Assembly (NCBI GenBank): GCA_030390025.1
Contig: JASTWF010000034.1
Coordinates: 1,798,001 to 1,862,000 of the forward strand
Source of the DNA: Squalus acanthias
Taxonomy: Eukaryota
Direction of reading: 5' to 3'
Length of the DNA: 64,000 nt
Positions 24,733 to 37,186 of this stretch are shown here, piece after piece; position 1 is the stretch's first letter, and each line of letters starts with the position of its first letter. The notes below the pieces were generated by a model. That model saw only the letters and a program-made list of their open reading frames with translations, searched no databases and was not told where the DNA came from. The position numbers and the translations under genes were made by a program.

Positions 24733-27700
24733 GGGGTATGTAAAAGAGTGTTACAATCAGGAGTGTGGGTTATATCAGAGTGTTGCAGTGAGAGGTGTGT
24801 GGTTTATCTGTGAAAGTATAAGCCATATAACCTATTCAGAAAAATACACCATTCTATCAAAGAAGAGTAAAACAAGGTTACACTGCAGTAGCAGTAAATT
24901 GGCACAGCAAGCAGTGGAAACCAGTTTTCTAATCAATCAGCAGGAGTGACTCATTTGGCTGTAAACAAACAGTAAAAAAGACCAGTGTAAGGGCGAACCA
25001 GCACTGAGTGCAAGTCAGCAGAGGGTGCTGTGAGTTTGGGTAAGTGGGAGTAGTTCTTTAATTGTTAGTTTTCTTTAAATCAGTCTTGATAAGAGTACTT
25101 AAGCAGTTTAAGTGAAGGGGAAAAGTTAACTATTTGGGTTTCTGTTGGTTGAAGAAGAGCAAAACAAGGTTACACTGCAGTAGCAGTAAATTGGCACAGC
25201 AAGCAGTGCAAACCAGTTTTCTAATCAATCAGCAGGGGTCAAAGTCAGAGGGCGGGGCCAATTCATTGGTACCCGTATATAGGTGGAGCTGTTGCTTCCA
25301 GTGTCCCTGACAACTATGTGTGCAGGAAGGGCGTCCAGCTGCAGCTCCTGACGGACAGCATGGCGGGACTGGAGCTGCGGATGGACTCACTCTGGAGCAT
25401 CCACGATGCCGAGAACTTTGTGGATTACTCATTTAGTGAGTTGAACACACCGCGGGTAAAGGCTAGGTCAGACAGTAAATGGGTAACCAAGAGGCAGGGC
25501 AATATCAGGAAGGTAGTGCAGGAGTCTCCTGCGGTCGTCTCCCTCCAAAACAGATATACCGTTTTGGATACTGTTGGGGGAAATGACCTACCAGGGGAAG
25601 GCACCAGCAGCCAGGTTCATGGCACCATGGCTGGCTCTGCTGCACAGCAGGGCGGGAAAAAGAGTGGTAGAGCTATAGTGATAGGGGACTCAATTGTAAG
25701 GGGAATAGACAGGAGTTTATGTGGCCGCAACCGAGATTGCAGGATGGTATGTTGCCTCCCTGGTGCAAGGGTCAAGGATGTCTCGGAGCGGCTGCAGAAC
25801 ATTCTGGAAAGGGAGGGTGAAGAGCCAGCTGTCGTGGTGCATGTAGGTACCAACGATATAGGTAAAAAGCGGGAAGAGGTCCTACAAGCAGAATTTAGGG
25901 AGCTAGGAGCTAAATTGAAAAGTAGGACCTCAAAGGTAGTAATCTCTGGGTTGCTACCAGTCCCACGTGCTAATCAGAGTAGCATGAACAGGATAGCGAG
26001 ATTAAATACGTGGCTTGAGCAGTGGTGCAGGAGGGAGGTATTCAACTACCTGAGGCATTGGAACCAGTTCTGGGGGAACTGGGACCTGTACAAAAGGGAC
26101 GGTCTGCACTTGGGCAGGACTGGAACCGATGTCCTCGGGGTAATATTTGCTAAGGCAGTTCGGGAGGATTTAAACTAATATGGCAGGGGAATGGGAACCT
26201 ATGTAGCGAAACAGGGGGAAGTAATATGCAGTCAGAAACAAATGTTAGAAGGGTGAGAAACATTAAGGGGAATCCGAGTAAACAAAGGCAAGAAACACAA
26301 AGGGCCATACTAAATCATAAGTCTAAAAGGACAAAGGGTGTTAATAAAACAAGCCTAAAGGCTCTGTGTCTTAATGCAAGGAGTATCCGTAATAAGGTGG
26401 ATGAATTGACTGTGCAAATTGATGTTAACGGATATGATGTGATTGGGATTACAGAGACGTGGCTCCAGAACAATCAAGGCTTGGGACTGAATATCCAGGG
26501 GTATTCAACATTCAGGAAGGATAGAATAAAAGGAAAAGGGGGTGGGGTAGCATTGCTGGTTAAAAAGGAGATTAATGCAATAGCTAGGAAGGACATTAGC
26601 TTGGAGGATGTGGAATCAATATGGGTTGAGCTGCAGATCACCAAAGGGCGGAAAACGTTAGTGGGGGTTGTGTACAGACCTCCTAACAGTAGTAGTGAGG
26701 TGGGGGAGGGTATGAAACAGGAAATCAGAGGTGCATGCAAAAAAGGCGCAGCAGTTATCATGGGTGACTTTAATATGCATATAGATTGGGCTACTCAAAC
26801 TGGAAGCAATACGGTGGAGGAGGATTTCCTGGAGTGTTTAAGGGATGGTTTCCTAAACCAATATGTTGAGGAACCAACTAGAGGGGTGGCCATCCTGGAC
26901 TGGGTGTTGTGTAATGAGGAAGGACTAATCAGCAATCTTGTGGTGCGAGGCCCCTTGGGGAAGAGTGACCATAGTATGGTGGAGTTCTACATTAGGATGG
27001 AGAAGGAAACAGTTAATTCAAAGACCATGGTCCAGAACTTAAATAAGGGCAACTTTGAGGGTATGAGGCGTGAATTGGCGAGGTTAGATTGGCAAGCGAT
27101 ACTTAAGGGGTTATCAGTGGAAGGGCAATGGCAGACATTTAGAGATCGATTGGATGAACTACAACAATTGTACATCCCGGTCTGGCGTAAAAATAAAAAA
27201 GGGAAGGTGGCTCAACCATGGCTAACAAGGGAAATCAGGGATAGTACTAAAAGCAAGGAAGTGGCATACAAATTGATCAGAAGTAGCAGCAAACCCGGGG
27301 ACTGGGAGAACTTTAAAACTCAGCAGAGGAGGACGAAGGGTTTGATTATGGCAGGGAAAATAAAATATGAAAGGAAGCTTGCGGAGAACATTAAAACGGA
27401 CTGCAAAAGCTTCTATAAATATGTAAAAAGAAAGAGGTTAGTAAAAACAAACATAGGTCCCCTGCAGTCAGAAACAGGGGAAGTCATAATGGGGAACAAA
27501 GAAATGGCAGATCAATTGAACAAGTACTTTGGTTCGGTGTTTACTGTGGAGGACACAAACAACCTTCCGGAAATAAAAGAGATCAAAGGATCTGGTAAGA
27601 GGGAGGAGCTGAGGGAAATCCTTATCAGTCGGGAAAAGGTGTTGGGGAAATTGATGGGACTGAAGGCTGATAAATCCCAAGGGCCTGATGGTCTGCATCC

Positions 27701-28839
27701 CCGAGAACTGAAGGAGGTGGCCTTGGAAATAGTGGATGCATTGACGATCATTTTCCAACAAACTTTAGACTCTGGATCAGTTCCAAAGAAGTGGAGGGTG
27801 GCTAATGTAACCCCTCTTTTAAAAAAAGGAGGGAGGGAGAAAGCAGGGAATTATAGACCGGTCAGCCTGACATCGGTGGTGGGTAAAATGATGGAATCAA
27901 TTATTAAAGATGTCATAACAGACCATTTGGAAAGTGGCGACATGATAGGTCCAAGTCAGCATGGGTTTGTGATAGGGAAATCATCCTTGACAAATCTTCT
28001 GGAATTTTTTGAGGATGTTTCCAATAGGGTGGACGGGGGGGAGCCAGTAGATGTGGTGTATTTGGACTTTCAGAAGGCCTTCGACAAGGTCCCACACAAG
28101 AGATTGGTGTGCAAAGTTAAAGCACATGGGATTGGGGGTAATGTGTTGACGTGGATTGAGAACTGGTTGGCACACAGGAAACAAAGAGTAGGAGTAAATG
28201 GGTACTTTTCAGAATGGCAGGCAGTGACCAGCGGGGTACCGCAGGGTTCGGTGCTGGGGCCCCAGCTGTTTACATTATATATTAATGATTTGGACGAAGG
28301 GATTAATTGTAATATCTCCAAATTTGCGGATGACACTAAATTGGGAGGCAGTGTGAACAATGAGGATGATGCTAGGAGGCTATAGAGTGACTTGGACAGG
28401 TTGGGTGAATGGGCAAATGTATGGCAGATGAAGTACAATGTGGATAAATGTGAGGTTATCCACTTTGGTGGTAAAAATAGGGAGGCAGACTATTACCTGA
28501 ATGGTGGCAGATTAGGGAAAGGGGAGGTGCAACGAGACCTGGGCGTCATGGTACATCAGTCACTGAAGGTGGGAAGGCAAGTGCAGCAGGCAGTCAAGAA
28601 AGCAAATGGCATGATGGCCTTCATAGCAAGGGGATTTGAGTACAGGAGTAGGGAGGTGATGCTACAGTTGTACAGGGCCTTGGTGAGGGCACACCTGGGG
28701 TATTGTGTGCAGTTTTGGTCTCCTAACTTGAGGAAGGACATTCTTGCTATTGAGGGAGTGCAACGAAGGTTCACTAGATTGATTCCTGGGATGGTCAGAC
28801 TGACATATCAAGAAAGACTGGATCAACTTAACTTGTATC

Positions 28840-31800
28840 GAGGCGGAGGACTCAAGAGGCGACGGCGACCAGATAGGCCCACAGAGGCGGCGGACCTGGG
28901 TGGAGCGGCTGCGGCGAGGCGGAGGACTCAAGAGGCGGCGGCGACCAGGTAGGCCCACAGAGGCTTTTAAAGTGCGGGACGCAGTGGTTGCTGGGTAGAT
29001 GATACATTTTTACCTGTATATAAGTTGGGCGGTTCCTAAACCCGAGACACTACACTTGTAGTGTCCCCCACCCTTCCTCCTCCTCTAACCTAAAGGAGGT
29101 GAGTGACTATCAGGTAAGCTCTTTTTTGTTCTAGTTTAATCTGCAAGTTAGCTGGAGGGGATGGCAGGGGAGGCAGTGAAATGTTCCTCCTGCAGAATGT
29201 TTGAGGTGAGGGACGCCGTAGGTGTCCCTGCTGATTACACCTGTGGGAAGTGCACCCATCTCCAGCTCCTCGAAAACCGTGTTAGGGAACTGGAGCTGGA
29301 GCTGGATGAACTTCGGATCATTCGGGAGGCAGAGGAGGTCATAGATAGAAGCTTCAGGGATGTAATTACTCCAAAGCATGAAGATAGATGGGTGACGGTG
29401 AGAGGGGCTAGGAGGAAGCAGTCAGTGCAGGGATCCTCTGTGGTCGTTCCCCTCAGTAACAGGTATACCGCTTTGAATACTGTTGAGGGGGACGACTTAC
29501 CAGTGGTAAGCCACGGTGACCGGATCTCCGGCGCTGGGTCCGTCCCTGTGGCTCAGAAGGGAAGGTGGGAGAGCAGGAGAGCAATAGTTATTGGGGACTC
29601 AATAGTCAGAGGGACAGATAGGAGGTTCTGTGGCAGCAAAAGAGACTCACGGATGGTATGTTGCCTCCCGGGTGCCAGGATCCGTGACGTCTCGGAACGT
29701 GTTTTCAGAATCCTCAAAGGGGAAGGGGAACAATCACAAGTCGTGGTACACATCGGTACCAACGACATAGGTAGGAGAAGGGACGGGGATTTAAAACAGG
29801 AATTTAGGGAGCTAGGTTGGAAGCTGAGAGCCAGTACAAACCATGTTGTAATTTCTGGTTTGTTGCCGGTGCCACGTGCTAGCGAGTTGAGGAACAGGGA
29901 GAGAGTGCAGATAAACACGTGGCTGCAGGGATGGTGTAGGGGGGAGGGTTTCAGTTATGTGGATAATTGGAGCACATTCTGGGGAAGGTGGGACCTGTAC
30001 AAACAGGACGGTTTGCACCTGAACCAGAGGGGCACCAATATCCTGGGATGGAAATTTGCTACGGCTCTTCGGGGGGGTTTAAACTAATTTGTCAGGGGGA
30101 TGGGAAAAAGGGCTGTAGTCCACGAGCCAGTGGTGAGTGTAGGGAGGTACTGAGGAGGGTATCAAGGTCGCAGGAATGTACCGGCAGACAGGAAGATGGC
30201 TTGAAGTGTGTCTACTTCAATGCAAGGAGCATCCGGAATAAGGTAGGAGAACTTGGAGCGTGGATTGGTACTTGGGACTACGACGTGGTGGCCATTACGG
30301 AGACATGGTTAGAACAGGGACAGGAATGGTTGTTGGAAGTTCCGGGGTATAGATGTTTCAGTAAGAGTAGGGAAGTTGGTAAGAAAGGTGGAGGAGTAGC
30401 ATTGTTAATCAAGGATAGTTTAACAGCGGCAGAAAGGCAGTTCGAGGGGGATCTGCCGTCTGAGGTAATATGGGCTGAAGTTAGAAATAGGAAAGGAGCG
30501 GTCACGTTGTTAGGAGTTTTCTACAGGCCCCCAAATAGTAATAGAGATGTGGAGGAAGAAATTGCAAAGCAGATTATGAATAGGTGTGGAGGTCACAGAA
30601 TAGTTGTCATGGGTGACTTCAACTTTCCAAATATTGATTGGAACCTTTATAGGTCAAACAGTTCGGATGGGATAGTTTATGCACAGTGTGTGCAGGAGGG
30701 TTTCCTGACACAATATGTGGATAGGCCGACAAGAGGTGGGGCCACGTTGGATTTGGTACTGGGTAATGAACCGGGCCAATTGTTTGATTTGTATGTGGGA
30801 GAGCACTTTGGAGATAGTGACCACAATTCGGTAACTTTCACTATTGCAATGGAGAGGGATAGGGCCATACGGCAGGGCAGGGTTTATAATTGGGGGAGGG
30901 GTAATTATGATGCGATTAGGCAAGAATTAGGGAGTATAAGATGGGAACAGAAACTATCAGGGAAAGGCACAAACGAAAAGTGGAGCTTTTTTATGGAGCA
31001 ATTACTGCGTGTCCTTGATAGGTATGTCCCTGTCAGGCAGGGAGGAAATGGCCGAGTGAGAGAACCATGGTTCACAAAAGAGGTTGAATGTCTAGTCAAG
31101 AGGAAAAAGGAAGCGTATGTAAGGAGGAGAAAACAAGGTTCAGTTGGGTCGATTGAGGGGTACAAGGTAGCAAGGAATGAGCTTAAAAAATAGCTTAGGA
31201 GAGCTAGGAGGGGGCATGAGAAGTCCTTGGCGGGTCGGATCAAGAAAAACCCCAAGGCTTTTTACTCTTATGTGAGAAATAAAAGAATGACCAGGGTAAG
31301 GGTAGGGCCGGTCAAGGACAGTAGTGGGAACTTGTGCATGGAGTCAGAAGAGATAGGAGAGGTGATGAATGAATACTTTTCGTCAGTGTTCACCGAGGAG
31401 AGGGGCCATGTTCTTGAGGATGAGAGTGTGATAAAGGTGGATAGGCTGGAGGAGGTAGATGTTCTGAGGGAAGATGTTTTAGCAATTTTGAAGAACCTGA
31501 GGGTCGATAAGTCCCCTGGGCCAGATGGGATATATCCTAGGATTCTTTGGGAGGCAAGGGAGGAGATTGCAGAGCCTCTGGCTTTGATCTTTGGGTCCTC
31601 ACTGTCCACTGGGATGGTGCCAGAGGACTGGAGAGTGGCGAATGTTGTTCCTCTCTTCAAGAAAGGAAATAGGAATGACCCTGGTAATTATAGGCCGGTT
31701 AGTCTTACTTCGGTGGTTGGTAAGATAATGGAAAAGGTCCTGAGGGATAGGATTTATGACCATTTGGAAAGGGGCAACTTAATCAGGGATAGTCAACACG

Positions 31801-33065
31801 GATTCGTGAAGGGTAAGTCTTGCCTAACAAATTTGATTGAATTCTTTGAGGAGGTAACTAAGTGTGTAGATGAAGGTAGAGCAGTTGATGTCGTATACAT
31901 GGATTTTAGTAAGGCGTTTGATAAGGTTCCCCATAGTCGTCTCATGAAAAAAGTAAGGAGTTGTGGGATAGAGGGAAATTTGGCCGATTGGATAAGTAAC
32001 TGGCTATCTCATAGAAGGCAGAGGGTGGTGGTGGATGGAACATTTTCGGACTGGAGACCAGTTACCAGCGGTGTGCCACAGGGGTCGGTGCTGGGTCCTC
32101 TGCTGTTTGTGATTTTTATCAATGACTTGGAGGAGGGGACTGAAGGGTGGATCAGTAAATTTGCTGATGACACCAAGATTGGTGGAGTAGTGGATGAGGT
32201 GGAGGGCAGTTGTAGGCTGCAAAGAGACATTGATAGGATGCAGAGCTGGGCCGAAAAATGGCAGATGGAATTTAACCCTGATAAGTGCGAGGTGATTCAT
32301 TTTGGTAGGGCAAATTTGAATAAGGATTACAGGGTCAACGGCAGGGTTCTGAGGAACGTGAGGAGCAGAGGGATCTGGGGGTTCATATCCACAGATCTCT
32401 GAAGGTTGCCACTCAAGTGGATAGAGCAGTAAAGAAGGCCTATGGTGTGTTGGCGTTTATTAACAGAGGGTTTGAGTTTAAGAACCGTGAGGTTATGCTG
32501 CAACTGTACAGGACCTTGGTGAGACCACATTTGGAATATTGTGTGCAGTTCTGGTCACCTCACTATAGGAAGGACGTGGAAGCATTGGAAAGAGTGCAAA
32601 GGAGATTCACCAGGATGCTGCCTGGTTTGGGGGGGAGGTCTTATGAGGAAAGATTGAGGGAGTTGGGGCTTTTCTCTTTAGAGCGGAGGAGGATGAGAGG
32701 CGACTTAATAGAGGTTTATAAGATGATGAGGGGGATAGATAGAGTGGATGTTCAGAGACTATTTCCTCGGGTAAAGGCAGCTGTTACAAGGGGGCATAAC
32801 TATAAGGTGCATGGGGGGAGATATAGAAGGGATGTCCGAGGTAGATTCTTTACTCAGAGAGTGGTTGGGGTGTGGAATGGACTGCCTGCTGTGATAGTGG
32901 AGTCGGACACTTTAGGAACTTTCAAGCGGTTATTGGATAAGCACATGGAGCACACCAGAGTGATAGGGAGTGTGATAGCTTGATCTTGGTCTCGGACAAT
33001 GCTCGGCACAACATCGAGGGCCGAAGGGCCTGTACTGTGCTGTACTCTTCTATGTTCTATGTTCT
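28840..33065 (+). mobile_element. Young full-length CR1 LINE (family B, copy 2)
   Basis: Near-identical to ~1840-5939; ORF1 intact; ORF2 has a stop at 31191 and a frameshift near 32360; ~16 bp of host lost at the site relative to 39844-39859. Confidence 0.95.
29161..30087 (+). CDS. Intact CR1 ORF1p (zinc finger / coiled coil / SGNH esterase), 308 aa
   Basis: Uninterrupted ORF with CSSC/CGKC, GDS, GTND, DGLH. Confidence 0.9.
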   Translation: MAGEAVKCSSCRMFEVRDAVGVPADYTCGKCTHLQLLENRVRELELELDELRIIREAEEVIDRSFRDVITPKHEDRWVTVRGARRKQSVQGSSVVVPLSNRYTALNTVEGDDLPVVSHGDRISGAGSVPVAQKGRWESRRAIVIGDSIVRGTDRRFCGSKRDSRMVCCLPGARIRDVSERVFRILKGEGEQSQVVVHIGTNDIGRRRDGDLKQEFRELGWKLRASTNHVVISGLLPVPRASELRNRERVQINTWLQGWCRGEGFSYVDNWSTFWGRWDLYKQDGLHLNQRGTNILGWKFATALRGGLN

Positions 33066-34538
33066 AATGAGGGGGGATCTTATAGAGACGTTTAAAATCC
33101 TGACTGGTTTAGACAAATTAGATGCGGGCAGAATGTTTCCAATGTTAGGGAAAACTAAAACCAGGGGTCACAGTCTAAGGATAAAGGGGAAGCCATTTAA
33201 GACTGAGATGAGGAGGAACTTCTTCACCCAGAGAGTGGTGAAGCTGTGGGACTCTCTACCACAGAAGGTTGTTGAGGCCAGTTCGCTAAATATATTCAAA
33301 AGGGAGTTGGATATAATACTTGCAACTAGGGAGATGAAGGGGTATGGCGAGAAAGCAGGAATGGGGTACTGAGGTAGCATGTTCAGCCATGAACGCATTG
33401 AATGGCGGTGCAGGCTCGAAGGACCGAATGGTCTACTCCTGCACCTATTTTCTATGTTTCTATGAATTCTTGCCTTATTAAAACATGACAAACTGGGTCT
33501 GGAAATCTAGAAACCTAACTATGAAAAAACTGTGAAAGCATTCTGGGTGTATTGATAAGATAGTTGTTGACACTGAGTCAATAACCTTATTGGAACAGAA
33601 GGTTAAAGGCTCCGGTAGGCTGACATTTCGGAACAAGACAATGCTTCACCCTGGTTAAGGTGTTCTAATTTACACTTCGTTAAGAAGCACAAGCATCTGC
33701 CTTCGTAAAAATGACATCAAGTAAAATGCACCTGCCGTTACACCGTTTTTTATGGAAAATTTAGAAAACCTAGAGAAGAGACATGATTCTGCATTGCTAC
33801 CAGCTGTGGTGACTGTAAGAATTGCAGGGGTCAGCAGAAAAATAACCTGAGATAATTAGCTTACATCAGCAGAAAACCTTAAAGGAATTACCACTGGAAA
33901 AGGGTATAAATATTGGACTCTCAAATGGGATAGTAGACTCGCTTTAAAGGGGCAAGGTGATTCTTGGCTTCGGAGGCGGCTCTGTATGTCTCCAAGTCTT
34001 TGCTCCTCGGTTATCAAAGGTATTTGATTTTGGTGGATATCCGGCAGAAAACTAAGAACTGTACAACTGTAGCGAAGATAAGATTTGAAAGTAAGGTTCA
34101 CTGATAATCGAATTGTAAGCTTTCTCTTTTTGGAACTGTTAATGTTGCGAGTGACTCACCAACTGTAAATTACATGTCGGTTCTTCAATAAATCTTTATA
34201 TTTTTAGAATTCTCTCACATAAGTCTTCTGTATCAAACTCGCAAACTCAATCTCTGTACGCTCTTTGGTGAGGAGTTGCAGAATTCTGGGGAGTTTTCCG
34301 GACCCTCATAATATCCGGAACTTTACAGTCTAGCTAAACTTATTAAAAGTGCTATCTGGAGGACGGTAACATTTTCAGGTTGTTCCTTTCCTTTAGGGAG
34401 AGATAGTCCGGACCTTTAGATCCAATTAAGCATCTTTAGGATTCGGCTACCTCAAAGTTTAGTTGAAAGTGAACGTCTGAGGAATATGCCTGATCCGGGG
34501 TAGCCCTAAAGGGGCTAGGACTAGTAATTATCCCTTCC

Positions 34539-36050
34539 TATCAGCGTGTTGCAAAGAGGTGTATGGGTTAAATCAGAGAGATACAGTGAGACATGTGGGG
34601 TATATGTCAGTGTTACAGTGAGGGGTGTGCGGTTATTCAGATAGTTAAAGTGAGTCGTGTGGGGTATATCAGTGTGTTACAGTGAAGGGTGTGGTGTATT
34701 ACAGTATTACAGTGAGAGGCGCCGTGTAAATTACAGCGAGGGGTGTGGGGTATATCAGAGTATTACAGTGAGGGGTGTGGGGTATATCAGAGTGTTACAG
34801 TGAGGGGTGTGGGGTATATCAGAGACATACAGTGAGGGGTGTGTGGTATATCAGAGTATTACAGCGAGTTGTGTGGGGTATATCAAATTGTTACAGCTAG
34901 GTGTGTGCAGTATATCAGCGTGTTACATTGATGGTTGGGTATATCAAAGTGTTACAGTGAGGGGTGTGGGGTTTATCAGAGTGTTAAAGTGAGGTGAGTG
35001 GGGTATATCGGTCTGTTACAGTGAGATGTTTGGGATATGTAAGAGAATTTAAGTGAATGGTGTGGTGTATATCAGAGGGTTAAAATGAGGTGAGTGGGGT
35101 ATATCGGTCTGTTACAGTGAGATGTTTGGGATATTTAAGAGAATTTAAGTGAATGGTGTGGGGTATATCAGAGGGTTAAAAGGAGGAGAGTGGGGTATAT
35201 CGGTCTGTTACAGTGAGATGTTTGGGATATGTAAGAGAATTTAAGTGAATGGTGTGGGGTATATCAAAGGGTTAAAAGGAGGTGAGTGGGGTATATCGGT
35301 CTGTTACAGTGAGATGTTTGGGATATTTAAGAGAATTTAAGTTAATGGTGTGGGGTATATCAGAGTGTTAAAGGGAGGTGAGTGGGGTATATCGGTCTGT
35401 TACACTAAGAGGTTTGAAATATGTAGGAGAGGATTAAATTATGGGGGATATCAGTTTGTTAATGATGTGTGTGAATTATATAAGAGTGTTAAATTGAGGG
35501 GAGCGGCGTATATCAGAGTGTTTGCATAAGGGGTGTGGGGTATATCGGTGTGTTGCACGAAGGCATGTGTGGGGTATATCAGAGTGTTGTAGTCAGGGGA
35601 GTGGGTTTGCATCAGAGTGCTACAGTTACGGTTGTGGGGTACATCAGAGTAATACAATGTCCGGTGTTCGGCATATCAGAGTGTTACAGTCAGGGGTATG
35701 GAGTATATCACAAAGTGTTACAATGAGGGGCGTGGGGTATAACGGTGCGTGATGGTAAGATGTTTGGGGTATGTAAGAGAGTGTTACAGTCAGGAGTGTG
35801 GGCTATCTCAGTGTTATAGTGAGGGGTGTGGTTTATATCAGTGTGTTACAGTGAGGGGTTGTGGAGTATATCAGATTATTATAGTGATTGATGTGGGGTA
35901 TATCAGTGTTTCAGTGAGGGGTGTTCTGTATCTGTGTGTTACAGTGAGGTTTGTGGGGTATATCAGAGTGTTAAAGTGAATGGTGTGGGGTATATCAGAG
36001 TGTTAAAGTGAATGGTGTGGGGTATATCAGAGTGTTAAAGTGAGGTGAGT
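34539..36050. repeat. ~32-bp satellite, continuation of 22372-24808
   Basis: Same unit; higher-order ~92-bp block repeated at ~34985-35400. Confidence 0.95.
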
Positions 36051-36241
36051 TGTCCATTACTCTGTATCTAATCCATGGGTACCTGCCTGTTCCAATGAAA
36101 GGTCAACGACCTGAAACCTGTAGGGGTAGAGGGAATTTAAAAGGTAGGTTTGATTTTATATTTTGTTTTCAGGGACTTAACTCCTGGACCTAAGATAAAT
36201 AAGTTTAAATTTTAGTAATAAAGTAACATAAGGGTTAAGTC

Positions 36242-37186
36242 ATGACAGGAAGTCTCGGACCCGTTTCATGCTCCTCCTGTGCCATGTGGGAAACCAGGGA
36301 CACTTCCAGTGTCCCTGACAACTACGTGTGCGGGAAGTGTGTCCAGCTGCAGCTCCTGACAGCCAGCATGGCGGTGCTGGAGCTGCGGGTGGACTCACTC
36401 TGGAGCATGCACGATGCCGAGAACTCGGTGAATCGCTCATTTAGTGAGTCGTCCACACCGCAGGTAAAGGCTAGGACAGACAGTGAATGGGTGACCAAGA
36501 AGCAGGGCAATATCAGGAAGGTAGTGCAGGAGTCCCCTGTGGTCATCTCCCTCCAAAACAGGTATGCCGCTTTGGATACTGTTGGGGGAGATGGCCTCCC
36601 AGGGGAAGGTACCAGCAGCCAGGTTCATGGCACCATGGCTGGCTCTGCTGCACAGCAGGGCGGGAAAAAGAGTGGTAGGGCTATAGTGATAGGGGACTCA
36701 ATTGTAAGGGGAATAGATAGGAGTTTCTGTGGCCGCAACCGAGATTCCAGGATGGTATGTTGCCTCCCTGGTGCAAGGGTCAAGGATGTCTCGGAGCGGC
36801 TGCAGAACATTCTGAAGATGGAGGGTGAACAGCCAGCTGTCGTGGTGCATGTAGCTACCAACGATATATGTAAAAAGCGGGAAGAGGTCCTACAAGCAGA
36901 ATTTAGGGAGCTAGGAGCTAAATTAAAAAGTAGGACCTCTAAAGTAGTAATCTCTGGATTGCTACCAGGGCCACGTGCTAATCAGAATAGAGAGAACAGG
37001 ATAGTGAGATTGAATACGTGGCTTCAGCAGTGGTGCAGGAGGGAGGGATTCAAATTCCTGAGGCATTGGAACCAGTTCTGGGAGAAGTGGGACCTGTACA
37101 AAAGGGACGGTCTGCACTTGGGCAGGACTGGAACCGATGTCCTCGGGGTAATATTTGCTAAAGCAGTTCGGAAGGATTTAAACTAA
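36242..37186 (+). CDS. Intact CR1 ORF1p, 314 aa
   Basis: CSSC..CGKC, IGDS, DGLHL; uninterrupted. Confidence 0.9.
   Translation: MTGSLGPVSCSSCAMWETRDTSSVPDNYVCGKCVQLQLLTASMAVLELRVDSLWSMHDAENSVNRSFSESSTPQVKARTDSEWVTKKQGNIRKVVQESPVVISLQNRYAALDTVGGDGLPGEGTSSQVHGTMAGSAAQQGGKKSGRAIVIGDSIVRGIDRSFCGRNRDSRMVCCLPGARVKDVSERLQNILKMEGEQPAVVVHVATNDICKKREEVLQAEFRELGAKLKSRTSKVVISGLLPGPRANQNRENRIVRLNTWLQQWCRREGFKFLRHWNQFWEKWDLYKRDGLHLGRTGTDVLGVIFAKAVRKDLN

Larger units (their letters stand above)
24856..33465 (+). mobile_element. CR1 LINE family C/D, copy C (ORF1 N-terminus missing), interrupted by B copy 2
   Basis: ORF1 25318..26178, ORF2 26226..28385 (stop) + 28392..28839, resumes 33066-33372; ATTCT duplicated at 24851-24855 and 33466-33470. 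Confidence 0.9.
24809..34538 (+). mobile_element. Probable solo LTR (~1.1 kb: 24809-24855 + 33466-34538) split by CR1 C
   Basis: Interrupts the satellite with TATC duplicated (24805-24808, 34539-34542); starts TG; TATAAA ~33905, AATAAA ~34187; ends CC rather than CA. Confidence 0.45.

Noticed and set aside
34495..34525. Helitron 3' end (hairpin + CTAG)
   Set aside because: The host satellite resumes about 14 bp after CTAG and with a 4-bp duplication, which is not Helitron-like.
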